64,000 nt of DNA, taken from Acutalibacteraceae bacterium (lineage in GTDB: Bacteria > Bacillota > Clostridia > Oscillospirales > Acutalibacteraceae). Below the pieces are notes generated by a model that worked only from the letters and a program-made list of their open reading frames with translations, was not told the origin of the DNA and did no database searches. Within the stretch, counting starts at the first letter, position 1. The number at the start of each line of letters is the position of its first letter. Shown here piece after piece: positions 45,229 through 55,767 of this stretch. The DNA lies in NCBI GenBank assembly GCA_036311065.1, contig JAXJQQ010000061.1, forward strand, positions 711-64,710, in the 5' to 3' direction. Made by a program: the position numbers and the translations under genes.

Positions 45229-46524
45229 ATGACCTATGATGAAGCACTGGAGTTTATTTACTCCCGCCGTAAATTCCAGAAAAGCAGCGGCCACGAAAGA
45301 ATTGAAAGACTGCTTGAGCTTTTGGGATGCCCCCATAAAAAGCTCAGGTTCGTGCATATTGTGGGCACAAACGGCAAGGGATCAGTTTCAACGGCACTTT
45401 CAGAGGTGTTGAAAGAAGGCGGCTACAAAACAGGACTTTTTACTTCTCCTTTTATCTTTGAATTTGGTGAAAGAATAAAGGTTAACGGTGAATTTATACC
45501 GAAAAGCAAAATTGCAGAGCTTGCCTCACTTATAAAAGAAAAAACTCTGCTTATGGAAAAAGAGGATTTATACCCGACGGTTTTCGAGGTTACAACAGCT
45601 TTAGGTATGCTGTATTTTGCAAGCTGCGATTGCGATATTGTTGTGCTTGAAGCAGGTATCGGGGGAAGAAATGACAGCACCAACGTGATTGATGCTCCCG
45701 AGCTTGCGGTTATAACCTCCGTGTCCCTTGACCATACGGAAATGCTCGGCAATTCAGTTGAGCAGATAGCAAAAGAAAAATGCGGTATCCTGAAGGATGG
45801 ATGTCCGATGGTTTCTTATCCCATTGACGGTGCGGAGTTCGGCTATATTCCCCAGCCTGAGAGTGTTGCAGAAGTTATAAGGCAGGAATGTAAAAAAGGC
45901 GGAAACACCCTTTATGTTCCTGATACTCAGAAGCTTACAATTGAAAACTGTTCCCTTTCGGGAACGGTGCTGAGCTACGACGGTCTTACCGTTAACATAA
46001 ATCTCTGCGGTAAGCATCAGATAGCCAATATGCTCACTGTTATAACAGCCGCAAAGGTACTCAGGGAAAAAGGGTATAATATAAGTGATGAAAGCATCCG
46101 CAAGGGTATTGAAGGCTTTAAAATGGCAGGCAGAACGGAAATAATTGAAGGTGAGCCAACAATAATTCTTGACGGCGGACACAATGTCGGTTGTATGAAG
46201 GCTCTGAAGGAAACTGCCGAAAGCTTCCTGAAGGAAAGAAAAATAACTCTGCTTATGTCCTTTATGAAGGATAAGGCTTATGAAGAGGCAATATCACTTA
46301 TTGCTCCCTTGTGTGAAAATATCATTTTTACGCAGACGGACAGCATAAGAGGTGAGATTCCGGAGACTTTATCGGAAATTGCAAAAAAATACTGCGGTAG
46401 TGTTTATGCCGTAAGGGACCCCGAAGAAGCCTTTAAGCTTGCAAAAGAAAAAGCACAGGGCGATGTACTGATTGTTGCAGGGTCATTTTATCTTGTAAGT
46501 GAAGTAAGAAATAAGTTTTTATAA
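45229..46524 (+). CDS. folC: folylpolyglutamate synthase / dihydrofolate synthase
   Basis: ORF 45085..46524. The ATG at 45229 (MTYDEALEFIYS) follows a GAAGGTGA SD. Mur-ligase P-loop HIVGTNGKGS. Confidence 0.9.
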   Translation: MTYDEALEFIYSRRKFQKSSGHERIERLLELLGCPHKKLRFVHIVGTNGKGSVSTALSEVLKEGGYKTGLFTSPFIFEFGERIKVNGEFIPKSKIAELASLIKEKTLLMEKEDLYPTVFEVTTALGMLYFASCDCDIVVLEAGIGGRNDSTNVIDAPELAVITSVSLDHTEMLGNSVEQIAKEKCGILKDGCPMVSYPIDGAEFGYIPQPESVAEVIRQECKKGGNTLYVPDTQKLTIENCSLSGTVLSYDGLTVNINLCGKHQIANMLTVITAAKVLREKGYNISDESIRKGIEGFKMAGRTEIIEGEPTIILDGGHNVGCMKALKETAESFLKERKITLLMSFMKDKAYEEAISLIAPLCENIIFTQTDSIRGEIPETLSEIAKKYCGSVYAVRDPEEAFKLAKEKAQGDVLIVAGSFYLVSEVRNKFL

Positions 46525-46611
46525 TAAAAAATGCAGATATTTCAAGTAATTCTCTACTTAAAATATCTGCATTACTGTTTTTTGTTCTGTGCTTAACGGG
46601 GTAGTCCCTTA

Positions 46612-47628
46612 TCAGTCGGGATAGCCGTTGGGATTAGTACTCTGCCAGCGCCAGGAATCCTCGCACATTTCTTCAATACCTCTTTCAGCCTTCCAACCGA
46701 GTATCTTTTCAGCTTTTGAGGGGTCTGAATAGCAGGTGGCAATATCACCGGGACGGCGGTCAACAATTTTGTAGTTTACCTTTACACCGCTTGCTTTTTC
46801 AAATGCCTTAACAACATCAAGCACACTGTAGCCCGTACCCGTGCCGAGGTTGAATATGTCAAGACCGTTGATGTTCAGAACTCTGTCAAGAGCCTTAACA
46901 TGACCGAGAGCAAGGTCAACAACATGGATGTAGTCTCTCACGCCTGTTCCGTCGGGTGTGTCATAATCGTCACCGAAAACGCTCAGGCACTCTCTTTTGC
47001 CGATTGCAACCTGAGTGATGAAGGGCATAAGGTTATTAGGAATTCCGTTTGGATCTTCACCGATTCTGCCGCTCTTATGTGCACCGATGGGGTTGAAGTA
47101 ACGAAGAAGGCTGATTGACCATTCGTTATCTGATTTGAAAATATCTGAAAGGATAATTTCAATCATATACTTTGTTGTGCCGTAGGGGTTTGTTGTGCCG
47201 CCTGAGGGCATAGTTTCCTTTAAGGGAGAAATATTGTTGCTGCCGTAAACAGTTGCGGAGGAGCTGAAAACGATTTTTTTACAGCCGTTTTCCTTCATTA
47301 CCTCGCAAAGCTTAAGTGTGCCGCCGATGTTGTTATCGTAATATTCAATAGGCTTCTGGCAGGATTCTCCAACAGCCTTAAGGCCTGCAAAATGGATAAC
47401 TGCATCAATTTTTTCCGTTTTGAAAATCTTATCAAGACCTTCCTTGTCACGGATATCACATTCATAAAAAGCAAAGCTTTTTCCGCTGAGCTCAGCAATT
47501 CTGTTAAGGGATTCTCTTTTGCTGTTATAGAAATTATCAACAACAACAATATCGTATCCGGCATTAAGAAGCTCAATACAGGTATGTGAGCCAATATATC
47601 CTGCACCGCCTGTTACAAGAATTGACAT
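46612..47628 (-). CDS. galE: UDP-glucose 4-epimerase
   Basis: [15 protein letters not shown]ossmann motif and the YGTTK catalytic motif; typical GalE length. Confidence 0.93.
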   Translation of the reverse strand: MSILVTGGAGYIGSHTCIELLNAGYDIVVVDNFYNSKRESLNRIAELSGKSFAFYECDIRDKEGLDKIFKTEKIDAVIHFAGLKAVGESCQKPIEYYDNNIGGTLKLCEVMKENGCKKIVFSSSATVYGSNNISPLKETMPSGGTTNPYGTTKYMIEIILSDIFKSDNEWSISLLRYFNPIGAHKSGRIGEDPNGIPNNLMPFITQVAIGKRECLSVFGDDYDTPDGTGVRDYIHVVDLALGHVKALDRVLNINGLDIFNLGTGTGYSVLDVVKAFEKASGVKVNYKIVDRRPGDIATCYSDPSKAEKILGWKAERGIEEMCEDSWRWQSTNPNGYPD

Positions 47629-47715
47629 AATTGTTCACCTCGTTTATAATAGATAAGATAATTATACAATCATTGAAGATAAAATGCAATAGTTTTAAGT
47701 CAGGAGATGTGATAA

Positions 47716-48564
47716 ATGAACAATTTATCCGATATCAGCGTAATACGCTCTGTAATGGAAAAGCACGGCTTTAATTTTTCAAAGGCCCTCGGTCAGAATT
47801 TTATTATTAATCCCTCCGTATGCCCCAGAATGGCTGAAATGTGCGGTGCCGACGAAAATACGGGTGTTATTGAAATCGGTACGGGTGTAGGTGTTCTTAC
47901 GGCGGAGCTTTGCAAAAGGGCAAAAAAGGTTGTGGCTATTGAGCTTGATACAAGACTTCTGCCTGTGCTCAGTGAGACCCTTTGTGAATACGATAACTTT
48001 GAAGTGGTTAACGCAGATGTTATGAAGGTTGACCTTCACGCTCTTATAAAAGAAAAGTTTGACGGCATGAAGGTGGTTGTTTGTGCCAATCTTCCTTACT
48101 ATATAACGAGCCCCGTAATAACAATGCTGCTTGAAAACAATCTTCCTATTGAAGCGGTGACGGTTATGATTCAGAAGGAAGCGGCTGACCGACTCTGTAC
48201 ACCCGTAGGCTCAAGAGAATCAGGTGCTATTACGGTGTGCACAAATTATTACTCTGTGCCAAAGCAGCTTTTCAATGTATCCAGAGGCTCATTTATGCCT
48301 GCACCTAATGTTGACAGTACCGTTATAAGGCTCGATATCCGTAAGGAGCCTGCCGTTAAGGTAAGTGATGAGAAAAAGTTTTTCCGCATAGTAAAAGCTG
48401 CCTTTGCCCAAAGAAGAAAGACTGTTGTAAACTCCGTAAGCTCCTCTTTAGGTGTTCCCAAAGCACAGATTATTTCTGCCCTTGAACAATCGGGTCTTGA
48501 TGCCAATATAAGAGCAGAAAAGCTTTCAATGGATGACTTTGCAAAGCTTTGTGAAAGCTTATAA
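47716..48564 (+). CDS. rsmA: 16S rRNA (adenine1518/1519-N6)-dimethyltransferase
   Basis: KALGQNFI and VIEIGTGVG SAM motifs, ANLPYYITSP. Confidence 0.93.
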   Translation: MNNLSDISVIRSVMEKHGFNFSKALGQNFIINPSVCPRMAEMCGADENTGVIEIGTGVGVLTAELCKRAKKVVAIELDTRLLPVLSETLCEYDNFEVVNADVMKVDLHALIKEKFDGMKVVVCANLPYYITSPVITMLLENNLPIEAVTVMIQKEAADRLCTPVGSRESGAITVCTNYYSVPKQLFNVSRGSFMPAPNVDSTVIRLDIRKEPAVKVSDEKKFFRIVKAAFAQRRKTVVNSVSSSLGVPKAQIISALEQSGLDANIRAEKLSMDDFAKLCESL

Positions 48565-48858
48565 GTTGGAATTATTATACTGTATAAAGCACTGAATATT
48601 CAAAAAAATGCAATAAAATCGGTAAAGCGAAACACCTTTACAGCAAAAATTATGCTGTAAAGGTGTTTTCTTACCTATGTGGAAAAAGTGGTTGAAAACG
48701 TTAAAAACCTTTAGTTTTCCACATTTATATTCTGATTAGGAAATAATTCTCGTTGAAAATGTTAAGTTTTCAACTTTACTAACAGATTTTTCAACATTTA
48801 TGTTAAACATTTCTGCTGATTATTCATTATACATCGTAAAAATGTATATACACAAAAT

Positions 48859-51018
48859 TCAGTTAACCCGTATAAAGCTTTCAGCTTCAATTGTAACGCC
48901 TGAAACCGTAACCGGCTTTTTGCCGTAGTTCACATATATTTTGGTTCCGCTGCCGAACTGTGTCATATAAACATTTTTACGGATATTTTTATGGTCGGTA
49001 ATTCTTTCGGTTCTGAGGTCAGAAAAAGCATTTTTCAGTCTCACATATGAGTTCTGTGCATCTGAAACGGAGTTCATATAGTAATAGCTGTCGCTTTCTT
49101 CTTCGGTGCCAAGGTCTAAGGCATACCATTCAAAGGAAGGCACTGCACCGTATTCTGCACATTTTAAAAGTGCCTTTGTGCTGTTTTTAGCATTATTAAC
49201 AGGGGAGAAGGAATAATCAAGAATACCGTGAAGTACAGCAGCTGTAAGGGGAATTTCCGTAACACCCTTGCCGCTGTAAAAGGCGGAGGAAGGAAGGTTG
49301 GTTATAACCTCAGCATATTTTATGCCGTAAAGGTTTCCCTTTTCTGCCATCAGTGTTTTTGTTGCGGCAACGGCCCCCATCTGGTTTTTTATAAGCTCTG
49401 CCGTTTCATTTCTGAGCATAACCTCACCCGATGAAAAATCGGAGTAGAGTATGTCTGCCGTATCAGAAAGGCAAATTCCCTCGAAGCCATTTTTTCTCTC
49501 TTCTGAAAGCATAGCTTTTGTTTTGTCTTTTATTGTTTTTGCTGCCGTAAGCTCATATTCATTGCTGATTAACACCGCTTTAGTAAAGCGTGATGGGTCG
49601 GAAAAAAGATTTACGGCATAATCAGAAAAACCGCTTTCTGCTCCTGCTGATAAAAGGTAAATATCCGTAAATACAGTTACATCAGTTTTAAGTGCATAAT
49701 CTGTAAGAACAGAAAGACCGTTTTTACCGGAAAGTGAAGCATTCTCAATATCCTTCTGCAATGCTCCACCATCCAGAATACCCTTATATCTCAGGTTGAT
49801 TCTGTTGATATCCTTAGCCTTAAGGCTTTCTATAATATCAAGGCACTGAGAATAATCGGTCAGAGTGGTGTGCTTTATTTTGCCTTCAGCATCTGTTACG
49901 GGGGCAGCACCTATAATGCTGAGATTGAAGGGATAGTCACTGCCTTCGTTTATGTTGCCTGTTGTAAGCTCTGAGTTTCTGATAAGAAGCTCACGGCAGG
50001 CACCCGCAATGCCGATATAATCTGCACTGTCCTTTGACAAAAAGCGATAAGAAACGCTGAGAATACCGCTATATTGCTTTTTACTTACAAGGTATGTGCC
50101 GTCTTCATTTTCAGTAACGGGAGTGATATCAAAGCTTGGGTAGACTCTGTTAAAGCCGCCTTTTTTTCCTTCTGTTTCTGCTTTGATTTCTGCAATCGCG
50201 TCACCGTCAGTTATAACGGCGGCAACAGCACCTGAGCCGTGCTTTATGCCGAAAACGGGCAATACGGATGAGCTTTCCTTATTTTCATTTAAAGAGGGGT
50301 CACTGCCGTAAACCTTTGTTTCATAGCTTTTGCCCTTGACCTGAGACGGGTAAATGAGAGCTCCGCAGCCATCGGGAATAACAAGATAATCACCTTCTGA
50401 AGAGCCGTAAAATGCACCGAAGAAGGGTAAAAGATTAATGCTTTTTATAACAGTATTTTTGTTTTTAGCCGTTTGAGATATTTTGCTGCAATCAGCCGTA
50501 ACAACCAGCATACCTCCGTTGTCAGTAAATTCAACCGGCACAGAGTAGCCGATTTCATCTCCGCTTTCCGTTTCGGCTGTGAAATCAAAGGTGATTTTTA
50601 CACCCTTTTCCGTGTATTCGACCTTATTTTCCGCATTGTGCGAGGGGAACAGCTCATATTCATTTCCCGAAGAAAGCAGGGTTATTGAAACAAGACCCGT
50701 TTCTTCACCGTTGTATTTTGACGGAAGACCTCTCCAGAGCTTTTCGGCTCCCGAATCGTAAAGGCTTATGCTCTTTTTTTCTTCGTTATAATAAAGTGTG
50801 AGCATATCCGTAGTTGAGATTTTTTTCAGCTTTTCTTTTTTTGTGTTATCATAATATATACTGTCGTTTATTTTTCCCGATGATACGGCAACACTTTCTT
50901 CTTTATTTTTCATCGTATAGGCATCGGCTGTTTTTGTTTTTCTGCCGCAGCCGAAAAGAGAAAGGCTCAGCAATACCGTGAGCAATATACATATATATCT
51001 TCTGCTTTTAAACATCAT
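48859..51018 (-). CDS. lipoprotein of unknown function (719 aa)
   Basis: Lipobox LSLFGC within MMFKSRRYICILLTVLLSLSLFGCGRK. No domain I can name. Confidence 0.8.
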   Translation of the reverse strand: MMFKSRRYICILLTVLLSLSLFGCGRKTKTADAYTMKNKEESVAVSSGKINDSIYYDNTKKEKLKKISTTDMLTLYYNEEKKSISLYDSGAEKLWRGLPSKYNGEETGLVSITLLSSGNEYELFPSHNAENKVEYTEKGVKITFDFTAETESGDEIGYSVPVEFTDNGGMLVVTADCSKISQTAKNKNTVIKSINLLPFFGAFYGSSEGDYLVIPDGCGALIYPSQVKGKSYETKVYGSDPSLNENKESSSVLPVFGIKHGSGAVAAVITDGDAIAEIKAETEGKKGGFNRVYPSFDITPVTENEDGTYLVSKKQYSGILSVSYRFLSKDSADYIGIAGACRELLIRNSELTTGNINEGSDYPFNLSIIGAAPVTDAEGKIKHTTLTDYSQCLDIIESLKAKDINRINLRYKGILDGGALQKDIENASLSGKNGLSVLTDYALKTDVTVFTDIYLLSAGAESGFSDYAVNLFSDPSRFTKAVLISNEYELTAAKTIKDKTKAMLSEERKNGFEGICLSDTADILYSDFSSGEVMLRNETAELIKNQMGAVAATKTLMAEKGNLYGIKYAEVITNLPSSAFYSGKGVTEIPLTAAVLHGILDYSFSPVNNAKNSTKALLKCAEYGAVPSFEWYALDLGTEEESDSYYYMNSVSDAQNSYVRLKNAFSDLRTERITDHKNIRKNVYMTQFGSGTKIYVNYGKKPVTVSGVTIEAESFIRVN

Positions 51019-51086
51019 TTAGCTCCTTTTGCGTTTTGTGTTTTTTATTATAACACAACGGAAAGAAAATTTCCACAGGTTTATAT

Positions 51087-51752
51087 TTAAAGCATACTTT
51101 TTCTCATTTGCAATAAAATTGCCTTTTCTCTTCTTGAAACCTGAACCTGACTCATACCTAATTCGGCGGCTGTTTTAACCTGAGTAAGTCCCTTATAATA
51201 TCTGAGCTCAATCAGGCGACGGTCCCTTTCTTCAAGGGATGCCACAACAGTGCGCAGAGCCATTTTTTCAGTAATTTCTCCCTCGGGTGCAGGTGTAGGG
51301 ATGTCAAGCTGTCCGGAGCCCTTTTCGTCATCTGTTGCCGTAAGGGAAATTGTAGGCATTGAAACTGTGATCAGCTCAGCAGCGGAAGAAACATCGGTTC
51401 CGAGCCTTTCCGCAAGCTCACTGACGGTGGGCTCTCTGCCAAGCTCAACTGCCATTTGCTCCCGTATTTTCATAGCGTTGCGGGATTTTTCTTTCAGTGT
51501 TCTGCCGATTTTAACACTGCCGCCGTCACGGAATATCCGCCGTATTTCACCAAGAATAACGGGTACAGCATAGGTTGAAAAAGCAAAGCCCCTTTCGGCA
51601 TCAAAGTTATCTGCCGCTTTGATAAGTCCCACACAGCCCGCCTGAAAAAGGTCATCATATTCAACGCCTCTGCCACGGAACTTATTGGCACAAGCGTGAA
51701 CAAGTCCGTAGTTTTCATTTATCAGATTTTCACGACTTCGTGTTTCATTCAT
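51087..51752 (-). CDS. sigF: sporulation sigma factor SigF
   Basis: Sigma-70 regions 2-4 (DLFQAGCVGLIKA, YAVPVILGEIRR). Located immediately downstream of spoIIAA-spoIIAB. Confidence 0.9.
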   Translation of the reverse strand: MNETRSRENLINENYGLVHACANKFRGRGVEYDDLFQAGCVGLIKAADNFDAERGFAFSTYAVPVILGEIRRIFRDGGSVKIGRTLKEKSRNAMKIREQMAVELGREPTVSELAERLGTDVSSAAELITVSMPTISLTATDDEKGSGQLDIPTPAPEGEITEKMALRTVVASLEERDRRLIELRYYKGLTQVKTAAELGMSQVQVSRREKAILLQMRKSML

Positions 51753-51772
51753 ACCCGTACCGCCTTAAAAAG

Positions 51773-52210
51773 TTAAATATTTTTGCCCCATATCCGTTTT
51801 TCCATGGTTACGGTTGTACCCTTTCCCGGCTTTGAGGTAACCCTTACTTTATCCATAAAGGACTCCATAACAGCAAAGCCTAATCCTGCCCTTTCGGAGC
51901 CTGCCGTTGTGTAAAGAGGCTCCATGGCCTTGGGTACATCCTCAATGCCCACGCCCTTATCACGGATTCTGATTCTGATATTATTATTCTCAAAAAGGCT
52001 GACGGTTATGTAAATTTTTCCCTGCTTTTCTTTGTAGCCGTGAACAATGGCGTTTGTAACTGCTTCACTTACTGCAGTTTTTATATCAGTCAGCTCCTCC
52101 ACGTTTGGGTCGAGGCAGGAAATAAAAGCAGAAACAGCCACACGTGAAAAGCCCTCGTTAATGCTTTTTGAATCAATAACGGTCTGCATTTCATTAAAAA
52201 GCTTCATCAT
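51773..52210 (-). CDS. spoIIAB: anti-sigma F factor (serine kinase) SpoIIAB
   Basis: HATPase_c motifs (EAVTNAIVHG, DKGVGI, GLGFAVM). Its start overlaps the spoIIAA stop. Confidence 0.92.
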   Translation of the reverse strand: MMKLFNEMQTVIDSKSINEGFSRVAVSAFISCLDPNVEELTDIKTAVSEAVTNAIVHGYKEKQGKIYITVSLFENNNIRIRIRDKGVGIEDVPKAMEPLYTTAGSERAGLGFAVMESFMDKVRVTSKPGKGTTVTMEKRIWGKNI

Positions 52211-52527
52211 ACCACCTCCTTTTGCTTTATTTCACCAAGTCTTTCAAGCCCTGCCAGCTTCATCACCTTATAGGCTGAGGGGGAAAGATTTTCAACCCTT
52301 ATTCTGCCTGAAACACTTTTCATTAATTTGTATCTGCCCATAACAAGACCTATTCCTGATGAATCCATAAAGCTGACACCACCGAAGTCGAGAATTAAAA
52401 GCGATGGCTTTTTATGTATTATTGCCTGGTCAATGCTCACCCTTATAAGTGATGCACTGTGGTGGTCAATTTCACCGTCGAGCATCACCCGTATTTCTTT
52501 TTGCCTGTATTCAATTTTTGCCGCCAT
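52207..52527 (-). CDS. spoIIAA: anti-sigma F factor antagonist SpoIIAA
   Basis: ORF 52207..52575. The ATG at 52527 (MAAKIEYRQ) follows a GGAGG SD. STAS domain with the phosphorylatable DSSGIG motif. Confidence 0.9.
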   Translation of the reverse strand: MAAKIEYRQKEIRVMLDGEIDHHSASLIRVSIDQAIIHKKPSLLILDFGGVSFMDSSGIGLVMGRYKLMKSVSGRIRVENLSPSAYKVMKLAGLERLGEIKQKEVV

Positions 52528-52620
52528 AAAATTTCCTCCTGAAAAAACAAAAAATCCTTCATGATTAGAAATCATAAAGGATTAGCTTTAAATATTTTGC
52601 CGAAAGCGGTAGTTTTTTTA

Positions 52621-53790
52621 TCAGTATTCTCTTGCAATTCTTGCAAAGCGGTAATTGTTCTCGTAACCAAGACCCGTTGAGGAACGGTAAACGCTCAGCA
52701 CAATTCCAACTGCAAGATAAAGACAGACTGTTGATGAGCCGCCTGCACTTATAAAGGGCAGTGTGATACCGATAACGGGCAGAAGCCTCGTGCACATACC
52801 TATATTGATAATAACCTGAGAGATAATCATAAAGGCAACACCGTAGCACATCATTTCAGCGGCAAAATTACGGCTCCTTTTACCAACCTGAATAACGCGA
52901 AGGGCAAGAAGCACAAAAAGAGTCAGAAGGATAAATGCTCCTATAAAGCCCGTCTCTTCGCATACAACGGAAAAAATCATATCGTTCTCTTTTTCGGGAA
53001 GCAGCTTGCTGTGGGTAAGCTCACCCTCAAAAAGTCCCATGCCGGAAAAGCCTCCGTTACGGATAGCCTTGAGTGCCTGATTTTGCTGATAGATTTCCGT
53101 TGCATATTCCTCTGGGTTGAAAAGAGCAAGGATACGGTTTCGCTGAATATCGTCAAAGACCTTAAGCCATATAATCGGTGAAGCGGAGGCAATCACAAGA
53201 CCGCCTGCAGGAAAGTAAACCCAGTGCACACCTGCAATATACATCATGCCTATAAACATCATACCGAAAATAAGGGCGGAGCCCATATCACCGGTTTTGA
53301 TAACAAGCAGAATGGGAATTGCGGCGTGGATGCATAAAAACATAACATTCTTAAAATCGGAAATATTATTTTTAACCTTGCTAAGATGAACGGCAAAGGT
53401 TATGATAAAGCCGATTTTAACAATTTCTGAGGGCTGGAAATAAAGAGATCCTATTTTGAACCAGGAAATAGCATCGCTTCGTCCCGGCGGAGCAACACCG
53501 AAAGGGATAAGCAGCAGCATCAGCATAAGACATCCGCCTGCCACAAGGGGCCATAGCTTAAGTATTATGTCGTAATCTATAAGGGACACAATCAGTGCTG
53601 CCGTAGCTCCGAGGCAAAGAGCAAGGACCATAACCTTGGCGTCACGGGAGAAAAATGATGTTGCATCAGCGGAAAGGGTTGCACTTGAAACCATAACCGT
53701 TCCCAGAATGGAAAGAGCAAGAGTTATAAGAAGAAGCAGAATATCCGTCTGCCTGATTGCTTTTATTATATTTTTGCGGATAATTGCCAT
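52621..53790 (-). CDS. FtsW/RodA/SpoVE family (SEDS) peptidoglycan glycosyltransferase
   Basis: ORF 52621..53877. Preferred start is ATG 53790 (MAIIRKNI). Polytopic membrane protein with SEDS signature regions (FQPSEIVKI, PEKENDMIFSVVCEETG). Confidence 0.88.
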   Translation of the reverse strand: MAIIRKNIIKAIRQTDILLLLITLALSILGTVMVSSATLSADATSFFSRDAKVMVLALCLGATAALIVSLIDYDIILKLWPLVAGGCLMLMLLLIPFGVAPPGRSDAISWFKIGSLYFQPSEIVKIGFIITFAVHLSKVKNNISDFKNVMFLCIHAAIPILLVIKTGDMGSALIFGMMFIGMMYIAGVHWVYFPAGGLVIASASPIIWLKVFDDIQRNRILALFNPEEYATEIYQQNQALKAIRNGGFSGMGLFEGELTHSKLLPEKENDMIFSVVCEETGFIGAFILLTLFVLLALRVIQVGKRSRNFAAEMMCYGVAFMIISQVIINIGMCTRLLPVIGITLPFISAGGSSTVCLYLAVGIVLSVYRSSTGLGYENNYRFARIAREY

Positions 53791-53934
53791 CACTTCCTTT
53801 ATATTTTTGTGTCTTCTATGAATTATAATAGAAATAACAGAATTTTTCAAGTCAAAAAGGTAAGCAAAAGTTGACATATTTATTATTTGTGATAAAATAT
53901 TTATTCAGGAACAAAAATAAGGGGTGAAGCCGTA

Positions 53935-54360
53935 ATGCTGAAGTTCAATTCAAAAAGTGCAACCGAAACGGAAGAAATAGCCTGCCGTTTAGCCGAAAGA
54001 ATAAAACGCGGTACGGTTATTGCCTTTTTCGGTGGACTCGGTATGGGTAAAACTGCCTTTACAAGGGGTCTTGCAAGGGGTTTGGGCAACACTTCTGATG
54101 TGTCAAGTCCCACATTCGCAATAGTAAACGACTACGGCGGAAATCCCCACCTTGTTCATTTTGATATGTATAAGGTCAACACCTGGGAGGACCTTTATTC
54201 CAGCGGATTTTTTGATTACCTTGATATGGGTGCCGTAATTGCCTCCGAATGGAGCGAGAATATTGAAAACGCTCTTCCCGAAAACACTGTCCGTGTTTAT
54301 ATTGAAAAAGGTGACAGTGAAAACGAAAGAACAATAACCATTGAAGGATTGGATATATAA
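53935..54360 (+). CDS. tsaE: tRNA t6A biosynthesis ATPase TsaE
   Basis: GGLGMGKTAFTRG P-loop and SPTFAIVNDY. Confidence 0.9.
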   Translation: MLKFNSKSATETEEIACRLAERIKRGTVIAFFGGLGMGKTAFTRGLARGLGNTSDVSSPTFAIVNDYGGNPHLVHFDMYKVNTWEDLYSSGFFDYLDMGAVIASEWSENIENALPENTVRVYIEKGDSENERTITIEGLDI

Positions 54361-55052
54361 TGAAAATTTTAGCTGTTGATACAAGTGCTGTCTGCGCTTC
54401 GGTTGCCGTAACTGAAAACGGAAGAATCCTGAGCGAGTGCAGTATCAATTCGGGCCTTACTCACTCACGCACCCTTATGCCTATGATTGACAGTGCTCTG
54501 AAAAATGCGGAAATTGACCTTTCTGAAATCGATCTTTTTGCCTGCAGTGCGGGTCCCGGCTCTTTTACAGGAGTGAGAATAGGCGTTGCGGCAATAAAGG
54601 GTCTTTGCGATGCTGTGAATAAAAAATGTGTACCTGTTTCAACTCTTGAGGCTCTGGCTTATAACCTTACGGGTATGAAATGCACTGCTGTCAGTGTTAT
54701 GGATGCAAGGTGCAATCAGGTTTATTGCGGAATTTTCCGTGTGGACGGTGACACTGTTGAAAGGCTCACCGAGGATATGGCATTGCAGATAGACTCTTTA
54801 GGTGAGATGCTGAGTGAATACGAAAATGTTGTTTTTGTTGGTGACGGAGCAAAGCTTTGCTATGAAAAGCTGGGATATTCCATAGCAGGAAAAGGCAATA
54901 TATATCAAAGAGGAAGCAGTGTTGCTTTTGCGGCTGAAAAGGATTTTAGCGAGGATAAGGCTATTGCAGGTGCAGAGCTGTTGCCTTACTATCTGAGACT
55001 TCCTCAGGCTGAACGTGAATTAAAGGCCAGGCAGGCTTTAAATAACAAATAA
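54360..55052 (+). CDS. tsaB: tRNA t6A biosynthesis protein TsaB
   Basis: MKILAVDTS... and GPGSFTGVRIG (YeaZ family). Its start overlaps the tsaE stop. Confidence 0.9.
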   Translation: MKILAVDTSAVCASVAVTENGRILSECSINSGLTHSRTLMPMIDSALKNAEIDLSEIDLFACSAGPGSFTGVRIGVAAIKGLCDAVNKKCVPVSTLEALAYNLTGMKCTAVSVMDARCNQVYCGIFRVDGDTVERLTEDMALQIDSLGEMLSEYENVVFVGDGAKLCYEKLGYSIAGKGNIYQRGSSVAFAAEKDFSEDKAIAGAELLPYYLRLPQAERELKARQALNNK

Positions 55053-55071
55053 TTTTAAAGGAGAATAAATC

Positions 55072-55521
55072 ATGATAGCATTAGGAGCAGACCACGGAGG
55101 ATATTACCTCAAGGAAGAAATTAAAAAGCACCTTGAAGAAAGAGGTATTGAATATAAGGATTTCGGCACATATTCACCCGAATCCATTGACTATGCTGCA
55201 ATTGCATATAAAACCTGCAGTGCCGTTACAGGCGGTGAATGTGAAAAAGCAATTCTCTGCTGCGGTACGGGTATCGGAATTTCAATGGCAGCAAACAAGG
55301 TTAAGGGCATCAGAGCCGCTTGCTGCAGCGATTGGTTCAGCGCAAAGTTCACCCGCCTTCACAATGATGCAAATGCACTTTGCCTCGGCGGCAGAGTTGT
55401 GGGTGCAGGCCTTGCAATTGAAATGGTTGATGTTTTCCTTGACACTGAGTTTGAGGGCGGAAGACATCAGAGAAGAGTTGACCAGATTATGGCAATTCAG
55501 GACGGTATTTTTGAAGGCTGA
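55072..55521 (+). CDS. rpiB: ribose-5-phosphate isomerase B
   Basis: IALGADHGGY, CGTGIGISMAANK, RLHNDANAL. Confidence 0.93.
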   Translation: MIALGADHGGYYLKEEIKKHLEERGIEYKDFGTYSPESIDYAAIAYKTCSAVTGGECEKAILCCGTGIGISMAANKVKGIRAACCSDWFSAKFTRLHNDANALCLGGRVVGAGLAIEMVDVFLDTEFEGGRHQRRVDQIMAIQDGIFEG

Positions 55522-55767
55522 TAAAATTAAGGGTAGTTTTTAACTGCCCTTTTTTGTTTGCTTCAGGCAGGTGTGGCGCCCTCTCCGTCGAGGTAGCACC
55601 TCGACGGCTTTCCCTTCGGGATAGCCGTCAAAATCTTCGATTTTGCCTGAGAGGGCACAAAGAAAGTATGCATTCTGATACTTTTTGTACCCATAAAGTA
55701 TGTATTTCGGTATTGTTTTATAATAATATCTGCGATATAATTAAAACAATAAAAGGAGTGTGTTGAT

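Noticed and set aside
55578-55656. Cloverleaf-like module considered as a tRNA or tRNA-like gene
   Set aside because: The arms are 7-9 bp with 3-5 nt loops. There is no 7-nt anticodon loop, no T-loop GTTC motif, and no D-loop features.
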